This document shows, piece after piece, positions 26,966-32,000 of a stretch of DNA of 32,000 nt. The first letter of the stretch is position 1; each line of letters opens with the position of its first letter. The position numbers and the translations under genes are program-made. A model generated the notes under the pieces. That model saw only the letters and a program-made list of their open reading frames with translations, was not told where the DNA came from and searched no databases. Origin of the DNA: Pyrodictium abyssi (GTDB lineage Archaea > Thermoproteota > Thermoprotei_A > Sulfolobales > Pyrodictiaceae); contig NZ_AP028907.1 of assembly GCF_036323395.1 (NCBI RefSeq), forward strand, positions 600,001 to 632,000, read 5' to 3'.

Positions 26966-27538
26966 TTGGCTGCGCCAGAGGCTCTAGAGCGGCCGCTACC
27001 CAAGCCGCGGCGCGACCTTGTGGGCTATGCCGCTGCTCGTGTCCTGGAGGCGTTGCTTGAGGCTTTGCTGGCGCTGAGGTTCCTCGGCCGGGGCTTTACG
27101 AGGAGTGCTGCGGGTAAGGCGCTCCAGGCGTGGCGGGCGCTAACCGGGGCGCTGCCGGCCCTCGAGCGGGACAGGATAGCCGAGAAGCTGGGCGAGAAGG
27201 AGAGGAAACGGCTAATGGAGAAGGGTATCCCCAGGGTGCCTAGCACTAGGCTGAAGGCGCCCGGCCAGCTCCTGGAGGAGGCGGGCTACCAGCACTACTC
27301 GGCCTACACCGATAAGGCACTAGACCTCCACGACTACCAGCTCCACGGCCCGGACCCGGCAGGAGAGATGACCAGGTACCCCGACAGGAAAGAGGCCGCG
27401 AAAGACACGCTCTATCTCCTCAGCAAGCTAGCCAGGATAATAGAGGAACATGTAAAACCAAGACTAGAACAGGAGGGCAAATGGGCGCAGGAGCACCAAG
27501 AGGCTCTAGAGGGGCTCCAGAGGAGGCTGGGCCGATAG
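26966..27538 (+). CDS. PaREP1/PaREP8-like (HEPN-type) protein, copy 2
   Basis: 190 aa with RDLVGYAAARVLEALLEALLALRFLGRGFTRSAAGKALQAWRALTGALPALERDRIAEKLGEKERKRLMEK. Closely matches the 8039-8569 product over nearly its whole length. Start uncertain. Confidence 0.75.
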   Translation: MAAPEALERPLPKPRRDLVGYAAARVLEALLEALLALRFLGRGFTRSAAGKALQAWRALTGALPALERDRIAEKLGEKERKRLMEKGIPRVPSTRLKAPGQLLEEAGYQHYSAYTDKALDLHDYQLHGPDPAGEMTRYPDRKEAAKDTLYLLSKLARIIEEHVKPRLEQEGKWAQEHQEALEGLQRRLGR

Positions 27539-27645
27539 ACCCGGCTATCTCTATCGCTCTGGGTAGCTGTGGGGAGCCGGTACGCCGCCCCAACCACACT
27601 GGCTACTAGATGCTCTCCAGCCTTGAGTGTCTAGCCCTACAGGCC

Positions 27646-28362
27646 CTAGAGGTGCTCCCTCAGGAGCCGGCCTACGGGCCAGCCGGCTTCTCTTATTCCG
27701 AGCCTGCGTAGGGCTAGCCAGAGGGTCGCGGTGTTGCTAGAGTAGACAGGCTTCCCGATATCCCTCTCTAGGGCGTCTATGACCTCTATCGTGCGTAGGT
27801 TTGTACAGCTTATGAAGACCGCGTCGGCGCTGTCCGTGTCTAGGCTCCTGGCGAGACGGTAGACTCTTTCCGGGGGTACGCGGCCTATCTCCGTGTTCCT
27901 CTCTATCCCGAGCGACGCTATGTCTACTACTTCTAGGCCATGGCTCTCGAGGAACCGTATCTCCTTCTCGTTGACCTCGTCTATGTAGGGGGTTGCTAGC
28001 GCTATCCTCGACGCGCCCAGGGCGCGTGCGGCCTCGACGACGGCTGTAGCGGTTGCTATCGCTGGGCGTCCTGCCGCCCTCGAAAGCTTCGCGGCTATGC
28101 GCTCGTCGTGGCCTGGCCCGGCTACGAGGCTCCCAGTAGTACAGCCGTAGACGATTATGTCCACCTCGGCTGTGGCTAGCAGCCTTGCCGCGTGCTCGGC
28201 TTCCTCCTCCATTCGGAGCAGCTCCTCGCTCGTGACGCGCTCGAGGGGTACGCGTGCTGAGTGTATGCTCACCCCCTGGGGGGCCATGCTCCAGAACTCT
28301 GGCTCCATGGTGGTGTTCGAGGAGGGTATGATGAGGCCTATCCGCGCCCTCCAGCCGTGCAT
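27646..28362 (-). CDS. Maleate isomerase / Asp-Glu racemase superfamily protein
   Basis: ARIGLIIPSSNTTMEPEFW, VYGCTTGSL (first catalytic Cys), ATPYIDEVNEKE, VFISCTNLRTIEVIDALERDIGKPVYSSNTATLW (second catalytic Cys). Start placed at the ATG at 28362. Confidence 0.88.
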   Translation of the reverse strand: MHGWRARIGLIIPSSNTTMEPEFWSMAPQGVSIHSARVPLERVTSEELLRMEEEAEHAARLLATAEVDIIVYGCTTGSLVAGPGHDERIAAKLSRAAGRPAIATATAVVEAARALGASRIALATPYIDEVNEKEIRFLESHGLEVVDIASLGIERNTEIGRVPPERVYRLARSLDTDSADAVFISCTNLRTIEVIDALERDIGKPVYSSNTATLWLALRRLGIREAGWPVGRLLREHL

Positions 28363-28527
28363 ATCGCCCACAACCTCTATACTACTCCACCATGATAGCC
28401 TGGTCATAAATGTGAGCATTCACACGTGTTTATAAATGTCTATAACTGATGAACACTCGCTGCCGCCATAGAAACGTTTTTATCCAGATACAACCAAGGG
28501 ACGTAAGCATCCCGAGGGGTGCAGCCC

Positions 28528-29880
28528 ATGGCCTCAATGAAGCCTAGTATAGGCCTAATAGCAGCCATAGTGGTTGTGATAGCGCTAATCGCCGGAGTCA
28601 TGGTCCTAAAGGGCGGAGAGAAGACCACGACAGAGACTGCCACAACGCAGGCCACGTCTCCCGCGGCCGGCACAGCCGCCGGGGGAGCCAGCGGAGGCGA
28701 GATAAAGATAGGAGTCATACTGCCTCTCAGCGGCCGTCTTGCTGAGACCGGTGCCGACCTGAAGCACGGCATAGAGTTCGCGGTCGAGCAGATAAACAGC
28801 ATGGGCGGCGTGAAGAGCTGCGGCGGCGCCAAGCTAGTCGTGGTCTACGGCGACAGCGCTGGTAAGCCCGAGGTCGGCGCCGCCGAGGCGGAGAGGCTGA
28901 TAACCCAGGAGAAGGTGGTCGCCCTAGTAGGCGCCTACCAGAGCGCGGTAACCAAGACTGCTAGCGAGGTCGCCGAACGCTACCATGTGCCGTTCCTCAA
29001 CCCAGACTCCACGTCGCCAGCACTCACCCAGAGGGGCTACAAGTGGTTCTTCCGCACTACGCCGCACGACGCCATGTTCGCCGAGCAGCAGGCAGAGTTC
29101 ATCAAGTGGCTCAACGAGAAGTACAACCTCGGCCTAAAGACCTACGCTATAATACACGAAGACAGCGAGTGGGGCACAAAGGTAGCCGAGGCCTGGAAGA
29201 AGTACTTCGACGCCGCCGGGTTCAAGCTAGTCAAGGAGATAAGCTACCACGCCGCCACCGTGACTAGCCTCGACGCCGAGGTAAAGGCCCTCAAGGCCGC
29301 TAACCCAGACATACTGCTGGTCGCCTCCTACGTGCAGGACGCCATACTCCTAGTACAGGCTATGAAGGCTAACAACTTCGCCCCCAAGGTGGTGCTAGCC
29401 CAGGACGCCGGTTTCATATCTCCCAGCTACGTACAGCAGGTGGGCAAGGACGGCTGGTTCATAATGTCGAGAGAGGTGTTCAACTGGGACCTAATGGGGA
29501 AGATACCCAGGCTGAAGCAGGTCAACGAGGAGTACAAGAAGAAGTACGGCGTGGACCTCAACGGTAACTCCGCCCGCGACTACACCGGCATATGGGTGCT
29601 CTACTACGCCCTAGAGGAGGCCTGTAAGAAGGCTAGCCCCGACAACCTGGAGGAGTTCCGGGCAGCACTACGCGACGCGCTAGCCAGCCTAGAGATACCA
29701 GCAGACAAGCTAATAGTGCCATGGAAGGGCGTCAAGTTCGACGAGAACGGCCAGAACATACTAGGCCAGGGCATCATAGTGCAGATGATGGAGGACGGCA
29801 AGTACCACACGATATACCCGCCAGAGTACGCCACCGCTGAGCCCAAGGTGCCGTTCCCACCGTGGAATGAGAGGAGCTAG
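28528..29880 (+). CDS. Branched-chain amino acid/amide-type ABC transporter substrate-binding protein (LivJ-like)
   Basis: N-terminal membrane anchor then a Thr/Ala-rich linker, then IKIGVILPLSGRLAETGADLKHGIEFAVEQINS, GAYQSAVTKTASEVAE, and FFRTTPHDAMFAEQQAEF. GTG at 28519 is an alternative start. Confidence 0.92.
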   Translation: MASMKPSIGLIAAIVVVIALIAGVMVLKGGEKTTTETATTQATSPAAGTAAGGASGGEIKIGVILPLSGRLAETGADLKHGIEFAVEQINSMGGVKSCGGAKLVVVYGDSAGKPEVGAAEAERLITQEKVVALVGAYQSAVTKTASEVAERYHVPFLNPDSTSPALTQRGYKWFFRTTPHDAMFAEQQAEFIKWLNEKYNLGLKTYAIIHEDSEWGTKVAEAWKKYFDAAGFKLVKEISYHAATVTSLDAEVKALKAANPDILLVASYVQDAILLVQAMKANNFAPKVVLAQDAGFISPSYVQQVGKDGWFIMSREVFNWDLMGKIPRLKQVNEEYKKKYGVDLNGNSARDYTGIWVLYYALEEACKKASPDNLEEFRAALRDALASLEIPADKLIVPWKGVKFDENGQNILGQGIIVQMMEDGKYHTIYPPEYATAEPKVPFPPWNERS

Positions 29881-29944
29881 CACCCTGGGCGCAGACAGCG
29901 CCTAGGCTGTTTAACCCCCCGGGTTTTTCCCGTCTGCGTTGCAG

Positions 29945-29961
29945 CCCGGGGCTCCCCCGGG
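29945..29961. repeat. GC hairpin in the livJ-livH intergenic region
   Basis: CCCGGGG-CTC-CCCCGGG, perfect 7-bp stem. Confidence 0.6.
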
Positions 29962-30128
29962 AAGCCTCGCCTACGGCCTCCATGCATGGGTAGAGGTGCT
30001 TGCTCTCTAGACGCCACGCCCTCGCGGGCTGCGTCTCGCCGCCTCTACCCCTCCCTCTGCACTGACGCACCTAGGAACATCGTCCCTAGAAGGTCTGGGC
30101 TCGGGTCAGGAGACGGTCTCGGAGAGGT

Positions 30129-31016
30129 GTGGGAGACGTGGCTGGCGTGGGTCTAGGCGACATAGTAGCCTCCGTGGTTGATGGTGTGCTTATAGGCGGT
30201 CTCTACGGGCTCGTAGGCGTAGGGCTAGCGCTAATCTGGGGCGTCATGGAGGTAATCAACTTCGCTCACGGAGACTACATGATGCTGGGGGCACTAGCCA
30301 CATACTTTCTCGCCACGAGGCTCGGCCTAGACCCTCTACTAGCCGCGCCAGTAGCCTTCGGCCTAGTGTTTCTCCTCGGCGTCGCAACCCAGCGGACTGT
30401 GATCAACCGTATCCTCGACGCGCCCCTACTGACGCAGATAGCTGCGACCTTCGCCGTGCTCCTCATAATAAGGTACGGCGTCCAGGCAGCATTCGGCCCC
30501 TACACGCGGAGGCTGAGCAGCTGGTACGCCAACGAGATATACTACCTAGGCCCCGTCGTCATACCCCTGCCTAAGCTGATAGCCTTCATGGCCTCGGTCG
30601 CCGTGGCGGCTGTGCTCTACTTCTTCCTCTTCCACACGCGCACCGGGATAGCCCTCCGGGCGACCGCCCAGGACCGCGAAGTAGCCCAGCTCATGGGCAT
30701 CAACGTGCACCGGATGTACGAGCTAGCCTTCGGAATAGGCGTCGGAGTAGCCGGGCTCGCCGGCGCAATCGCGTCCCTCTTCTACCCGGTTTTCCCCGAG
30801 ATGGGCGCCTTCTTCGCCCTGATAGCCTTCATAGCGGTGGTGCTGGGTGGCTTCGGCAGCGTCTTCGGCGCCTTCCTGGGCGGTATAATAGTTGGCGTGA
30901 CCGAGGCCGTTAGCGCGTTGTTTATAGACCCTGCGCTGAAGGACGTGGTGGCCTTCCTCCTCTTCATAGTGATAGTGCTTGTCAAGCCTACGGGCATTTT
31001 CGGCAAGAAGGTGTAG
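30129..31016 (+). CDS. livH: Branched-chain amino acid ABC transporter permease LivH-type
   Basis: GVLIGGLYGLVGVGLALIWGVMEVINFAHGDYMMLGA, TGIALRATAQDREVAQLMGIN, GGFGSVFGAFLGGIIVG. Confidence 0.93.
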   Translation: MGDVAGVGLGDIVASVVDGVLIGGLYGLVGVGLALIWGVMEVINFAHGDYMMLGALATYFLATRLGLDPLLAAPVAFGLVFLLGVATQRTVINRILDAPLLTQIAATFAVLLIIRYGVQAAFGPYTRRLSSWYANEIYYLGPVVIPLPKLIAFMASVAVAAVLYFFLFHTRTGIALRATAQDREVAQLMGINVHRMYELAFGIGVGVAGLAGAIASLFYPVFPEMGAFFALIAFIAVVLGGFGSVFGAFLGGIIVGVTEAVSALFIDPALKDVVAFLLFIVIVLVKPTGIFGKKV

Positions 31017-31043
31017 AGCCAGGGAAGGAGGGGAGGTGGAGCC

Positions 31044-32000
31044 GTGATGGAGGCTAGGGCTGTCCTCCACGCGCTTCGCGGGCTACGCGGCTACACCCGG
31101 AGCCCCTACGTGTGGGCGGCCTCGCTGCTACTGGTAGCCTCGCCGATAGTGTTCATGAAGCTAGGGCTACCGTTCTACGCCAACATGGTGTTCCTCGCAC
31201 TGATGTACGGTATCGCGGCGATGGCGTGGAACCTCATGCAGGGGTACACGGGGCTCTTCAGCTTGGGCCACGCGGTGTTCTTCGGCGTAGGCGCCTACAC
31301 GACCATGATACTCGCGAAGTACTACGGCGTCACGCCGTGGCTGGGCATCTGGGCTGCCGGGGTACTCGCTGCTGCTGTCGGGTTCCTGCTAGGGTTTCCA
31401 CTGTTCCGTCTACGGAGCCACTGGTTCACGCTAGCCACCATAGCCGTGGCGGAGATATTCAAGCTGCTGTTCGCTCACTGGGGCTACGTAGGCGGCTCTG
31501 CCGGGCTCCAGATGCCCATAGTCGGGCCGGATGAGCAGCTCTACTACCTCCAGTACCCGGGGCCCTACATCTACGTCTACGTGGCCCTCCTAGTGCTACT
31601 AGTGGAGCTAGTAGTGCTCTACGCCGTAGTGAACAGCAAGATCGGCCTCTACCTCCAGACGATCCGCGAGGACGAGCTGGTAGCCCAGACGCTCGGTGTG
31701 GACACGTTCCGGTACAAGATGATAGCCATGGTTGTTAGCGGGTTCTTTACAGGGCTCGCTGGGGCACTCTACGCTGTGAGGTTCCGCTTCGTGGACCCCT
31801 TCGCCGTGTTCGACCTCATAACGATATCTACCTACATAGCTGTCGCGGGCATAGTGGGCGGGATATACACGTTCATAGGCCCGCTCGTGGGCGCGTTCAT
31901 CTTCGTCCCCGCAGCAGAGTACGTGAGAGCCACTATAGTGCAGGCATTCCCACGGGTCTTCGGCCTCCACGTAGTGATAGTGGGCGTCATACTGCTGGTA
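31044..32000 (+). CDS. livM: Branched-chain amino acid ABC transporter permease LivM-type, truncated by the window edge
   Basis: Open frame from GTG 31044 / ATG 31047: ..IAAMAWNLMQGYTGLFSLGHAVFFGVGAYTTMILAKYYG.. SHWFTLATIAVAEIFKLLF..FFTGLAGALYAVRFRFVDPFAVFDLITISTYIAVAGIVGGIYTFIGPLVGAFIFVPAAEY. Absent from the supplied track because no stop lies in the window. Confidence 0.92.
   Translation, partial: MMEARAVLHALRGLRGYTRSPYVWAASLLLVASPIVFMKLGLPFYANMVFLALMYGIAAMAWNLMQGYTGLFSLGHAVFFGVGAYTTMILAKYYGVTPWLGIWAAGVLAAAVGFLLGFPLFRLRSHWFTLATIAVAEIFKLLFAHWGYVGGSAGLQMPIVGPDEQLYYLQYPGPYIYVYVALLVLLVELVVLYAVVNSKIGLYLQTIREDELVAQTLGVDTFRYKMIAMVVSGFFTGLAGALYAVRFRFVDPFAVFDLITISTYIAVAGIVGGIYTFIGPLVGAFIFVPAAEYVRATIVQAFPRVFGLHVVIVGVILLV

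Noticed and set aside
29881-30128. The 248-nt gap between livJ and livH as a possible structured ncRNA
   Set aside because: Contains a T-tract (GTTTTTCCC) and a GC hairpin, more easily explained as a 3' end/terminator and leader. No known RNA family signature recognised.
1-32000. tRNA, rRNA, cas, transposase or integrase genes
   Set aside because: Looked for T-arm-like GGTTCRA motifs and for Cas1/Cas2/Cas3/Cas6/RAMP, transposase and tyrosine-recombinase signatures in the translations. None was recognised, though the scan was by eye and short tRNAs with introns could be missed.

Overview
GC-rich 32 kb hyperthermophilic archaeal window. Reverse gyrase plus overall gene content suggest a crenarchaeon, possibly Pyrodictiaceae (inference). 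Most of it is ordinary chromosomal gene content: class V aminotransferase, OsmC, rubrerythrin, reverse gyrase, class I SAM methyltransferase, IleRS, NUDIX, PyrD, a CYTH/CyaB-like protein, SucC-SucD, a PAPS-reductase-like protein, an FprA-type flavodiiron protein, HerA-NurA, a CDP-alcohol phosphatidyltransferase, a maleate isomerase-like protein, and a Liv-type ABC transporter whose LivM runs off the right edge. Accessory content: (i) a CRISPR array at 15579-16708 with 16 identical 25-nt repeats plus one degenerate terminal repeat, and no cas genes in the window; (ii) PIN-domain and MazF/PemK-like toxin remnants at the left edge, absent from the ORF track; (iii) two dispersed PaREP1-like paralogs; (iv) an overlapping small-gene pair resembling a BECR/RelE-like nuclease plus DUF2283, a toxin-antitoxin candidate. 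The most unusual signals are around the CRISPR array. A repeat-like motif in the leader keeps the repeat's CTC-AATA-GAG mini-hairpin with a compensatory change (CCC-AATA-GGG). A 9-nt inverted copy of the repeat 3' end abuts repeat 7. No clearly new multi-gene system can be demonstrated from sequence alone. No rRNA or tRNA gene was recognised by eye.
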